64,000 nt of DNA from Pseudonocardiaceae bacterium (GTDB lineage Bacteria > Actinomycetota > Actinomycetes > Mycobacteriales > Pseudonocardiaceae): NCBI GenBank assembly GCA_009379845.1, contig WHSZ01000020.1:11817-75816 (forward strand), read 5' to 3'. Made by a program: the position numbers and the translations under genes. Below, piece after piece: positions 12,164 through 20,277 of this stretch (position 1 is the stretch's first letter; the number at the start of each line of letters is the position of its first letter). Below the pieces are notes generated by a model that was not told the origin of the DNA, searched no databases, and saw nothing but the letters and a program-made list of their open reading frames with translations.

Positions 12164-12817
12164 TCATCCGAGCAGTCGCCATGCGGAGGAATCCAGATTT
12201 TCGAGCACCGCATCGGCTTCCGGTTCCAGTTTCCCGGCCGGCAGGGTGCCAACGACCCCGATTCGGATCATCCCGGCCGCGCGTGCGGCCCGCAGTCCCG
12301 GAATCGAGTCCTCGAACACAACAGTCTGCTGTGGACTGACGTTGAGCTCACCGGCGGCACGGAGAAATCCCTCCGGATCCGGCTTGCCCTCGACTACGTC
12401 CTCGGCGCAGACAACCGATGTGAACAACTCCGCGATGTCCTGATTGGACAGTACGTAGGTAACGTCGGCGCGCGCGGCGCCGGTAACGATACCGAGCGGA
12501 ATCCCGCGAGAGGAGATGCCGCGCACCAGTTCGAGTGTGGCCGGCGTGATCGTCGGATGGCCCGCGACCAGCGCGCGGTAGCGCTCCCTGCGCTGCTTCA
12601 GCAGCTTGCGCACGGTGTCCGGGGCGTCCCCTGCACGCTCCTGGACGGCGATTCGCACGATCTCCTCGTCGCTGCGCCCGGCCAGCCGGGCGAAGTACTC
12701 CTCCGCGGTCATCCGCCAGCCGAGGTACTCCTCGAACAGCTCGGTGAAGATACGCAGCAGCACGGGTTCGTCGTTGGACAGCGTGCCGTTGAAATCGAAG
12801 AGCACCGCTTCGGGCAT
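12164..12817 (-). CDS. HAD-superfamily hydrolase
   Basis: MPEAVLFDFNGTLSNDEP (HAD motif I variant) and VVFEDSIPGLRAARAAGM near the C-terminus. Trimmed to ATG 12817. Confidence 0.8.
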   Translation of the reverse strand: MPEAVLFDFNGTLSNDEPVLLRIFTELFEEYLGWRMTAEEYFARLAGRSDEEIVRIAVQERAGDAPDTVRKLLKQRRERYRALVAGHPTITPATLELVRGISSRGIPLGIVTGAARADVTYVLSNQDIAELFTSVVCAEDVVEGKPDPEGFLRAAGELNVSPQQTVVFEDSIPGLRAARAAGMIRIGVVGTLPAGKLEPEADAVLENLDSSAWRLLG

Positions 12818-12843
12818 GACTACAGCGTAACCGCGACAGCGAG

Positions 12844-12859
12844 AACGGTCTAGACCGTT
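12844..12859. promoter_or_regulatory. HutC/GntR-type operator, perfect 16-bp palindrome AACGGTCTAGACCGTT
   Basis: Perfect palindrome read directly from the sequence, between the kinase stop (12867) and the HAD start (12817). The core GGTCTAGACC matches the classical HutC/DasR half-site arrangement. Confidence 0.6.
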
Positions 12860-12866
12860 TGCATGT

Positions 12867-13802
12867 TCAGTCGGTGCGCTGCACGTCCTCGAGCAGCCGT
12901 TCGAACTCGGGGCCGTCGAATTCGACAACCGCCCGCTCGTACTTCTCCATCCCCCATGACCAGAAGTCGAAGTCCATCTTGCTGGTGCCTGCCTGGATCG
13001 AAGCCCACAGCGTCCAGCCGTACTTGGACATCAGCCCGAGCAGCCGGGCACGGGCGATCTTGTTTCGCGATTCCCAGCCGTAGTAGGCGGTCACCAGCTC
13101 GCCGAGATGCTCGACCGGCAGCGTCGCCTCGCTCCAGATATTGCCGAGCTCGAAACACGGATCGTTGTTGCCCGCGTACTCGTAGTCGATCACCCAGATC
13201 TTCTCGCCGTCATCGATGAAGTTCTCCGCGAGCAGGTCGTTGTTGCACGGCACGGTGCCCTCATCGCGCACCGCCAGCGCGTCGCGAATCCGCTCCACCT
13301 TGGGGAGAAACTCGAGGTAGCGATCCGGCAGGCGCAGCCCGTGCGTCCGGACGATGTCCAGGTATCGCGGCTGGGTGTCGAACATGCTGAAGTCGTTCAC
13401 GAACCGCGGGCCGGCGTGCAGCTGCCGGCAGGATTCCGCCACCCGGCGCAGGTTGTCCAGGTTGGCCATGTCCTCGTCGTGGTACGTCCGCCCATCGATG
13501 TAACCGACGACCAGCAGCCCCTCGCCAGGCAGGTAGTCAACCACCGGCGCGCCGACCCCGGCCGAGGCGGCTGCCATCGTGTTGCGGTACTCGTTGTCCC
13601 TGTCGATGGCGAGCAGATCGCCGGTGGTGGCCGAAACCCGTGCCACGAACACGCCTTTCGGGGTGCTCACCTTGAAGTTCCGGTTGGTAAGCCCGCCGAC
13701 CAGCTCCTCGATCTGCCTCGGCCGCGCGGCGAGCACCGCTGAGCGGTCCAGCAGCGCGAGAATCGTCGGATCGTAGGACTGCTCGGATTCCGCGGTACTC
13801 AT
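12867..13802 (-). CDS. choline/ethanolamine kinase-family phosphotransferase (APH fold)
   Basis: LVGGLTNRNFKV, a Brenner-type NNDLLAENF motif, and IDYEYAGNNDPCFELGN. ATG 13802 is preceded by GGGAGGCGGG. Confidence 0.8.
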   Translation of the reverse strand: MSTAESEQSYDPTILALLDRSAVLAARPRQIEELVGGLTNRNFKVSTPKGVFVARVSATTGDLLAIDRDNEYRNTMAAASAGVGAPVVDYLPGEGLLVVGYIDGRTYHDEDMANLDNLRRVAESCRQLHAGPRFVNDFSMFDTQPRYLDIVRTHGLRLPDRYLEFLPKVERIRDALAVRDEGTVPCNNDLLAENFIDDGEKIWVIDYEYAGNNDPCFELGNIWSEATLPVEHLGELVTAYYGWESRNKIARARLLGLMSKYGWTLWASIQAGTSKMDFDFWSWGMEKYERAVVEFDGPEFERLLEDVQRTD

Positions 13803-13857
13803 CCCGCCTCCCTTGTCGCGCCTGGCTCGAGGTGCCGATGGTAGAGCGGTCGGTGGA

Positions 13858-13873
13858 AACGGTCTAGACCGAA
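13858..13873. promoter_or_regulatory. second HutC/GntR-type operator AACGGTCTAGACCGAA (12-bp perfect core)
   Basis: Shares the CGGTCTAGACCG core with the 12844 site. Lies between the GntR stop (13882) and the kinase start (13802). Confidence 0.55.
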
Positions 13874-13881
13874 TGTGTGGT

Positions 13882-14754
13882 TCAGCGGGTACCCACCACA
13901 CCGAGTGAGGTGGCAGCTTTGTTCTGCAGGCCGCTGCGCACCATGATCCGAATCCGGTCGGCACGGAACAGGTCACGGGCGAACTCGACGGGCAGTCCGG
14001 CGGACGAGTACGCGGTGCGCTGGATGAGCATCAGCGGATCGTCCACCTCGATCTCCAGCCGCTCGGCCTCCTCCTCGCCCGCCCGGAACGGTTCGAGCAG
14101 TTCAACGGCGGTCTGCGGCTCAAGCGCGTAATGCTTGCGCAGCAGGTTGTACAGCGATCCGGTCAGCCGCCTTTCCAGCAGGTCGGGCAGGTGCCGTGCG
14201 GGAAAGTAGGAGCGTTCAAGGGCCAGCGGGGTGCTTTCCGCTGACCGCACCCGGACGATCTCGTAGACCGTGTCCCCTGCCGGCACCCGCAACTCGTCCG
14301 CGATCAATCCGTTCGCCGGTACCGCGCTGGCGGACAGCAGGCGCGCGCCGGCCCGCAGGTGCGCGCGGCGCATCTGCTCGGTGAACCCGGCGACGCCGGT
14401 CAGGTCGCACTCGATCTTGGGCTCAACGACAACCGCGCCGCCCGCACGGCCGGTGCCCCTGGCGAGCACGCCACGTTGCTCGAGGGTGGCGAGCGCCTGG
14501 CGCAGCGTCATCCGGCTGACCCCGATCCGGGCGGCAAAATCGCGCTCTCCGGGGAACTTGTCGCCCGGACTGAGGGTCCCGCGTGTGATCGCATCGATCA
14601 ACCACTGCTCGATCCGCACGTGTACCGGGACCCCCGTCCCCGCCTGCCGCGAGAAATCCGGAGCCGACGCGATCAGTTCATCCACCACACCCCGAGAGTA
14701 GCTGGCGCTCGTGAGTAGCGAGACCTGCTCGGCCAGGGTCAAGCCATCAAACAC
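13882..14754 (-). CDS. GntR-family regulator, HutC subfamily (wHTH plus UTRA effector domain)
   Basis: FPGERDFAARIGVSRMTLRQALATLEQRGVL winged-helix region. The C-terminal half has UTRA-like length and pattern. Confidence 0.85.
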   Translation of the reverse strand: MFDGLTLAEQVSLLTSASYSRGVVDELIASAPDFSRQAGTGVPVHVRIEQWLIDAITRGTLSPGDKFPGERDFAARIGVSRMTLRQALATLEQRGVLARGTGRAGGAVVVEPKIECDLTGVAGFTEQMRRAHLRAGARLLSASAVPANGLIADELRVPAGDTVYEIVRVRSAESTPLALERSYFPARHLPDLLERRLTGSLYNLLRKHYALEPQTAVELLEPFRAGEEEAERLEIEVDDPLMLIQRTAYSSAGLPVEFARDLFRADRIRIMVRSGLQNKAATSLGVVGTR

Positions 14755-14756
14755 AG

Positions 14757-14789
14757 TTTAGGTGCTATAACCCTTGAAAAGACTCACGA
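14757..14789. repeat. low-GC palindromic element, copy 2 (core plus right arm only)
   Basis: GGTGCTATAACCCTTGAAAAGACTCACGA is identical over 29 nt to the reverse complement of copy 1. The TGA stop of the 14784..15971 gene lies inside the arm. Confidence 0.75.
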
Positions 14790-15971
14790 CCCGTCGGGGA
14801 TGCTGAACACCGGGCGGTTACCCGGGTGCTCGCCCAACGTCCAGGCTCGCTGTTCGGCAGCCTGGTAACTGAGGTCCTCCGGTCCCGCCGGGATAGTGGA
14901 CTCGGAGCCGGCTTCACCCACCGTGGTGCGGTACAGCAGGCCACGGGTGTCCGCACCGCGGCTTCGCGTCATCAGGAACGTGTCCTCATAGGACACCGCG
15001 CCTTGCATGTTCTGGTACGGGCTCTGATACGCCTTGCTCGCCGCGACCGAGCTGCCGCCCTCCAGCAAGCCGGTGGACGGATCGAACGGCCACCGCACCA
15101 GGCGAGCGCCGCCCGCACCGTTGTAGTACTCGCCGGTCAGCAGGGACGGTGGGGAGCTGCCGCGGTCCACGCCGACATAGGAGAAGCACAGCGGATCGTT
15201 GAGCTGGTCCGGCGGCGGGTCGCAATCGCCGCTGCCTTCCTGCGAGTACGCCCCGACCTGAGGCAGCGCATAGCCGTAGTTGTACGCGTAGTACTTGCCG
15301 TCATCGCCCTTGCCGATCTTGCTCCCGGTCTCGTCCGGCTCGGTCTTCCAGAGGTGCCGCAGATCGAATACCCGCACGCCCTTCGAGGTGTCCACCACGT
15401 AGAGATGGTTGCCAACCCAGGCGATGCCACCAGCGTGCACGTCGACCTGCTTGAAGTCCTCGCCGCTGGTCGGTTCGACCAGCAGGATGTGCCGGTAAGT
15501 GGGGTTGGCCGGATCGTCGTAGTTCACCAGCGAGACGCGGACGCCCTTATCGCCGGTCTTGTTGTACCAGCTGGCGAACATCGCCCGGTGACCCTCGTAG
15601 CTGCCGCTCTCGGTGGCGTCCCACGACCCGGTGAGCCCTTGCGGGTACCAGTCCGCGGTGTTCTCGTCCCCCTCGTTCCAGCAGAACCCGGTAGCGCCGT
15701 CGATGCCGGTGTCCTGGCAGAGCTCGCGCGCCTCGCGGTTGCCGTCCGCGACAACATCGGCAAACGGCGTCACCGGCAGCTTGCCGTCCAAACTGGACAC
15801 CCACGGCTCAAGGGTGTCGAAACTTCCGTTGTCGGCCAACGAATATGGGCCGGCATCCACCTCGGTCAGGTTCTCGGGTGGCGCCGCGGCAGCGGGTGCC
15901 GCGGCCAGCACCAATCCGGTGGCGAGCACCCCACCCAAAAGTGCCCGAACCGCCATACGTCGTCGATGCAT
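14784..15971 (-). CDS. secreted protein of unknown function
   Basis: Signal peptide MHRRRMAVRALLGGVLATGLVLAAAPAAAAPP. ATG 15971 is preceded by GGGGAGGAAG. No domain recognised. Confidence 0.7.
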   Translation of the reverse strand: MHRRRMAVRALLGGVLATGLVLAAAPAAAAPPENLTEVDAGPYSLADNGSFDTLEPWVSSLDGKLPVTPFADVVADGNREARELCQDTGIDGATGFCWNEGDENTADWYPQGLTGSWDATESGSYEGHRAMFASWYNKTGDKGVRVSLVNYDDPANPTYRHILLVEPTSGEDFKQVDVHAGGIAWVGNHLYVVDTSKGVRVFDLRHLWKTEPDETGSKIGKGDDGKYYAYNYGYALPQVGAYSQEGSGDCDPPPDQLNDPLCFSYVGVDRGSSPPSLLTGEYYNGAGGARLVRWPFDPSTGLLEGGSSVAASKAYQSPYQNMQGAVSYEDTFLMTRSRGADTRGLLYRTTVGEAGSESTIPAGPEDLSYQAAEQRAWTLGEHPGNRPVFSIPDGS

Positions 15972-16072
15972 ACTTCCTCCCCAGTTCCCACCAGTTAGCA
16001 ACGCTGATTAACCGAGCCGTGATTGTTCCACGGCGAAGACATCCAATGCGCGATATTTTCCCGCATTAACCC

Positions 16073-16103
16073 TTGAGATTGACGCAGCGTCAACCTCTAC
16101 CGT
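16073..16103 (+). promoter_or_regulatory. MerR-type promoter: -35 TTGAGA, 19-nt spacer containing the palindrome TTGACGCAGCGTCAA, -10 TACCGT
   Basis: Read directly from the sequence. The over-long 19-nt spacer with a dyad is the hallmark of MerR/TipA-controlled promoters. It sits about 50 nt upstream of the merR-like start. Confidence 0.55.
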
Positions 16104-16153
16104 TGTTCTCGCGGCCGGAAATACCGGCCGATGAGACGGAAGAGGGATCTGAC

Positions 16154-16906
16154 GTGGCCTGGTCGACGCAGGAAGTGGCCAGGATGTCCAGGGTCACTTC
16201 ACGGACCCTGCGGCACTACGACGAGATCGGTCTGCTGCCGCCGGCCTTTGTTGGCGGCAACGGCTACCGCTACTACGAACAGGACCAGTTGTTGCGGTTG
16301 CAGCAGATCCTGGTGCTGCGGGAACTCGGCCTCGGGTTGGACGCGATCGCCGAGATCGTGAACAAGCAGACCAGCCAGCTGGACGCGCTGCGCCTGCACC
16401 ACGAGTGGCTGATGGCGGAACGCGACCGGTTCGATCAGCTCGCCACGACCGTCCGGAAAACAATCGAGGAATTGGAAGGAGGGAAACCGGTGAGTGCCGA
16501 AAACCTGTACCAGGGCTTCGACCGACACTCCGAGCAGGCCCAGCGCCTCGCCGACGAGGCGGAGCAGCGCTGGGATGGTGCGCTCGAGGTGCACGAGAAG
16601 GTGAAGGGCTGGTCGGACGAGAAGTGGCAGGCCGTGCAGCGGCAGGCCACCGAGGCGACCGAGCGGCTCGCCGCGCTGATGCGGGACGGTGTCAGCCCGG
16701 ACGATCCGCGCACCATCGAGGCCACCGACGCGCACTACCGCTGGATCTGCCACCACTGGACGCCGAACAAGAAGGCGTACCAGGGTCTCGGGCAGCTCTA
16801 CGTGGACGACGCGCGCTTCACGGCGAGCATCGACGAGGTCGCCTCCGGGCTGGCCAGCTACATGCGTGACGCTATGACCGCGTACGCCGAGGCCCGGCTG
16901 GAATAA
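16154..16906 (+). CDS. MerR-family regulator with TipAS-like antibiotic-recognition C-terminal domain
   Basis: WSTQEVARMSRVTSRTLRHYDEIGLLPP...YRYYEQDQLLRLQQILVLRELGLGLDAI. GTG 16154 follows GGAAGAGGGA. The length then matches TipAL-type proteins. Confidence 0.85.
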   Translation: MAWSTQEVARMSRVTSRTLRHYDEIGLLPPAFVGGNGYRYYEQDQLLRLQQILVLRELGLGLDAIAEIVNKQTSQLDALRLHHEWLMAERDRFDQLATTVRKTIEELEGGKPVSAENLYQGFDRHSEQAQRLADEAEQRWDGALEVHEKVKGWSDEKWQAVQRQATEATERLAALMRDGVSPDDPRTIEATDAHYRWICHHWTPNKKAYQGLGQLYVDDARFTASIDEVASGLASYMRDAMTAYAEARLE

Positions 16907-16959
16907 CCCGATGAGTGGCGCTGGTGTGCTAGCCACCAACGCCACTCACGGGTGGTCGG

Positions 16960-17634
16960 CTAGTTGCCGGGAGCCGGCTGCTGGCCGCCGCCCTGCTGCT
17001 GTTGCTGTTGTTGCTGCTGCTGTTGCGCGGCCGCCTGAGCGAGTTGCTGACACTTCGGCGCTTGCTGAGCCGCTCCGGCCAGTTCCTTGTTCGACTGCAG
17101 TTCCTTGAACGGCTTCTGCAGGTCGATCTTGCCCAACTCGCCGCTCGCCGACTGCACGGCCTGCATGGTCGCCTGCGGATTCGACTCGGGTGCACTGTCC
17201 ACCTTTGTCTTGGCCTGCTTGGCCGAGTCGAGCAGTTGCCCGTAGGACTGCTTCACCCCGGTGACCAGCTTGTCGCCGCCGTTGATCGGGGACGGCTTCA
17301 TGCTGTCCATGTCCGACACAAGCTTGGTGGCGCCCTGCGTCATGTTGCCAAGCATCTGGCTCATCGCCTGCTTGACCGCGCTGGGGTCCTGGGAGTTCGG
17401 CGGCTGCGTGCCCTGCATAGCCTGCGCGAAATTCCCCATACTGCCGCAGAACCCGTCGATCCACTGGGTTCCAGCCTGCTTGCCCTGTCCTTGCGCGCCG
17501 GGCTGCTGGGACTGGCCGTTGCCGGAGCCGCCCTGCTGCTCGTCGCCGCTGTTGTTCGCCTCCTCGGAGCAACCGGTGACGACCAGCGCGAGGCTGGCCG
17601 CGGCTGCTGCCAGGAACGTGAGGCGAGGCCTCAT
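16960..17634 (-). CDS. lipoprotein with C-terminal poly-Gln tract
   Basis: Lipobox LALVVTGC after a signal peptide. The C-terminus is AAAQQQQQQQQQQQGGGQQPAPGN. Confidence 0.7.
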   Translation of the reverse strand: MRPRLTFLAAAAASLALVVTGCSEEANNSGDEQQGGSGNGQSQQPGAQGQGKQAGTQWIDGFCGSMGNFAQAMQGTQPPNSQDPSAVKQAMSQMLGNMTQGATKLVSDMDSMKPSPINGGDKLVTGVKQSYGQLLDSAKQAKTKVDSAPESNPQATMQAVQSASGELGKIDLQKPFKELQSNKELAGAAQQAPKCQQLAQAAAQQQQQQQQQQQGGGQQPAPGN

Positions 17635-17712
17635 ACCGAAAACCCTCCGAACGTTGTTACTGCGCTGACCCCGACCGTACCTACCGGTCAGTGGCCGAGC
17701 TCACGGCCCGTG

Positions 17713-17756
17713 TCGAAAAGCGCGGGGGCCCGCCGCGCCCTTCCGCGACGGGCCCC
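17713..17756 (-). terminator. intrinsic terminator downstream of hppA
   Basis: 8-bp GC stem GGGGCCCG/CGGGCCCC (17725-17732 and 17749-17756), followed on the minus strand by GCGCTTTTC. Confidence 0.5.
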
Positions 17757-17778
17757 GTGTGCACCGGTCTTCCGGGAG

Positions 17779-20070
17779 CTACGCGTTGGCGGTTTGCTCC
17801 GCCGGGTTGTCCGCGATGGCGGTGCCACGACGCTTGGACACCACGATGGACGTCACGATGATCAGCGCCGCGACGACGGCGATCAGGATCCGCAGCGGGT
17901 CCGATGCGTTATCGCCAACGGTGAACATCACCACGGCCGGGGCGACCAGCACCGAAACCAGGTTCATCACCTTGAGCAGCGGGTTGATCGCCGGGCCGGC
18001 GGTGTCCTTGAACGGGTCGCCGACGGTATCGCCGATCACGGTTGCCTCGTGCGCAACGGAGCCCTTACCACCGTGGTAGCCGTCCTCGACCAGTTTCTTG
18101 GAGTTGTCCCACGCGCCGCCGGAGTTGGCGAGGAAGACCGCCATCAGGGTGCCGGCCGCGATGGCGCCGCCGAGGTACCCGGCGAGTGCGCCGGTGCCGA
18201 GCCCGAAGCCAACCGCGATGGGTGCGAACACCGCGAGCAGGCCGGGGGTGGCCAGCTCGCGCAGCGAGTCGCGAGTGCAGATGTCCACCACGCGGGCATA
18301 TTCCGGACGCTCGGTGTTGTCCATGATCCCCGGCTTGTCCTTGAATTGCCTGCGCACCTCGAAGACCACCGCACCCGCGGCGCGGGAAACGGCGTTGACC
18401 GCGAGGCCGGAGAACAGGAACACCACGGCGGCGCCGAGAATCACGCCGACCAACACGTTCGGGCTGATGATCTGGTACAGGAACGAGTTCGGCGTCTCCG
18501 GGTCACCGAGGCTGGCCAGCGTGTCGGTGATGGCCTGCTGGTAGGACCCGAACAGCGCGGTCGCGGCCAGCACCGCGGTCGCGATGGCGATGCCCTTGGT
18601 GATCGCCTTGGTGGTGTTACCCACGGCGTCCAGCTCGGTCAGGATCTGCGCGGCGTCGTCATCCACCTCACCGGACATCTCCGCGATGCCCTGCGCGTTG
18701 TCCGACACCGGGCCGAAGGTGTCCATCGCCACGATGACGCCGACCGTGGTGAGCAGGCCGGTGCCGGCGAGGGCGATCGCGAACAGCGCCACCACGACCG
18801 AGCCGGACAGCAGGAACGCGCCGTATACCGCGGCGGCGATGACGATCGCGGTATACACGGCGGACTCGAAGCCGACCGAGATTCCGGACAGGATCACGGT
18901 GGCCGGGCCGGTGCGGGAGCTCTCGCCCACGTCCCTGACGGGCTTGTGCTCGGTGCCGGTGAAGTAGCCGGTCAGCCACAGGATCACGCCGGCGAGCACG
19001 ATGCCGATGATCACCGCGACCGCACCGATCACCGCCGGGCTACCGGACAGACCCGCCTGGTCGGAGCCGGTGAGCTCGGAGAACGAGGTGGGCAGGAAGG
19101 TGAACGCGGCCACCGTGCAGAGCACCGCCGAAACCACCGCGGACACGTAGAACGACCGGTTGATCGTCGTCAGCCCGCTCTCGCCGGCCCGCGCCCGGGT
19201 GATGTACACGCCGAGCACCGCGGTGATCACGCCGATGCCGGGCACGATCAGCGGGAACAGCAGGCCTTCCGCGCCGAACGCGGCACTGCCCAGAATGAGC
19301 GCGGCGACCAGCGTCACCGCGTAGGACTCGAAAAGGTCCGCGGCCATCCCGGCGCAGTCGCCGACGTTGTCGCCGACGTTGTCCGCGATGGTGGCCGCGT
19401 TGCGGGGGTCGTCCTCGGGAATGCCCTGCTCGATCTTGCCGACCAGGTCGGCTCCCACGTCGGCGGCCTTGGTGAAGATGCCGCCACCGACACGCATGAA
19501 CATCGCGATCAGGGCGGCACCGAAACCGAACCCTTCCAGCACCTTGGGGGCTTCGCCGGCGTAGACCAGCACCACGATGGACGCGCCGAACAGGCCGAGC
19601 CCGACGGTGCTCATGCCGACCACACCACCGGTGCGGAAGGCGATCCGCATGGCCTTCTCCCGGCCGTCGGTTTCCCTCGAGGCCGCGGCCACCCGCAGGT
19701 TCGACTGGGTGGAAAGCCACATGCCGAGGTACCCAATGGCGAACGAGAAGACCGCGCCAACGAGGAAGAACAGCGACCGACCGATGCGCTCGCCCACAGT
19801 GTCGGCCGGGAGCGCGAACAGCAGCAGGAACACGATCGACCCGAAGATCAACAATGTGTTGCGCTGCCGTTTGAGATACGCGGCCGCGCCTTCCTGGACC
19901 GCTTTGGCGATTTCCTGCATCTTCGAGGTTCCCTGGCCGCTCGCCAGCACCTCCCTGAGCAGGGCGAAGCCGACGGCCAGGGCAGCTAGAGCAATCACGG
20001 CGACCACGATCACTACACCGCGATCACCCCCGGAGAGCTCGAGCTCCTGCGCGAGGAACTGCCGGGTCAT
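17779..20070 (-). CDS. hppA: membrane-bound proton/sodium-translocating pyrophosphatase
   Basis: GGIFTKAADVGADLVGK and DNVGDNVGDCAGMAADLFESY motifs with about 16 TM helices. ATG 20070 is preceded by CAGGAGGACGG. Confidence 0.95.
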   Translation of the reverse strand: MTRQFLAQELELSGGDRGVVIVVAVIALAALAVGFALLREVLASGQGTSKMQEIAKAVQEGAAAYLKRQRNTLLIFGSIVFLLLFALPADTVGERIGRSLFFLVGAVFSFAIGYLGMWLSTQSNLRVAAASRETDGREKAMRIAFRTGGVVGMSTVGLGLFGASIVVLVYAGEAPKVLEGFGFGAALIAMFMRVGGGIFTKAADVGADLVGKIEQGIPEDDPRNAATIADNVGDNVGDCAGMAADLFESYAVTLVAALILGSAAFGAEGLLFPLIVPGIGVITAVLGVYITRARAGESGLTTINRSFYVSAVVSAVLCTVAAFTFLPTSFSELTGSDQAGLSGSPAVIGAVAVIIGIVLAGVILWLTGYFTGTEHKPVRDVGESSRTGPATVILSGISVGFESAVYTAIVIAAAVYGAFLLSGSVVVALFAIALAGTGLLTTVGVIVAMDTFGPVSDNAQGIAEMSGEVDDDAAQILTELDAVGNTTKAITKGIAIATAVLAATALFGSYQQAITDTLASLGDPETPNSFLYQIISPNVLVGVILGAAVVFLFSGLAVNAVSRAAGAVVFEVRRQFKDKPGIMDNTERPEYARVVDICTRDSLRELATPGLLAVFAPIAVGFGLGTGALAGYLGGAIAAGTLMAVFLANSGGAWDNSKKLVEDGYHGGKGSVAHEATVIGDTVGDPFKDTAGPAINPLLKVMNLVSVLVAPAVVMFTVGDNASDPLRILIAVVAALIIVTSIVVSKRRGTAIADNPAEQTANA

Positions 20071-20277
20071 CCGTCCTCCTGATGAATTGGCGTACGTGGC
20101 GCCATCAGCGGGAGACAAGAAAGTTCCGCCATGCGCGGCACCACAGTTGTGCGACTGCGGCGGAGTCTATTGGTAACCGATTTACTCCCTGACAAGCGTC
20201 CCCAGCCGGGTACCCTCAGTCACACTTCGACGGCTGCCGTAATGGGTGTCCAGCGGTTTAGCGGAATCGATCAAGCC

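Noticed and set aside
14707-14716. CTCGTGAGTA inside the gntR coding sequence, as a displaced left arm of repeat copy 2.
   Set aside because: It is a 9-nt match 40 nt away, in frame within conserved-looking coding sequence (LLTSAS), and is most likely coincidence.
17002-19989. A 995-aa plus-strand ORF antisense to hppA. Similar long shadow ORFs occur elsewhere (109..1248 +, 37165..38757 -, 40128..41576 -, 52162..53739 -, 50383..51549 -, 62685..63719 -).
   Set aside because: They are Arg/Gly/His/Pro-rich with no motifs, and each lies opposite a gene with clear family signatures. This is typical of open antisense frames in very GC-rich DNA.
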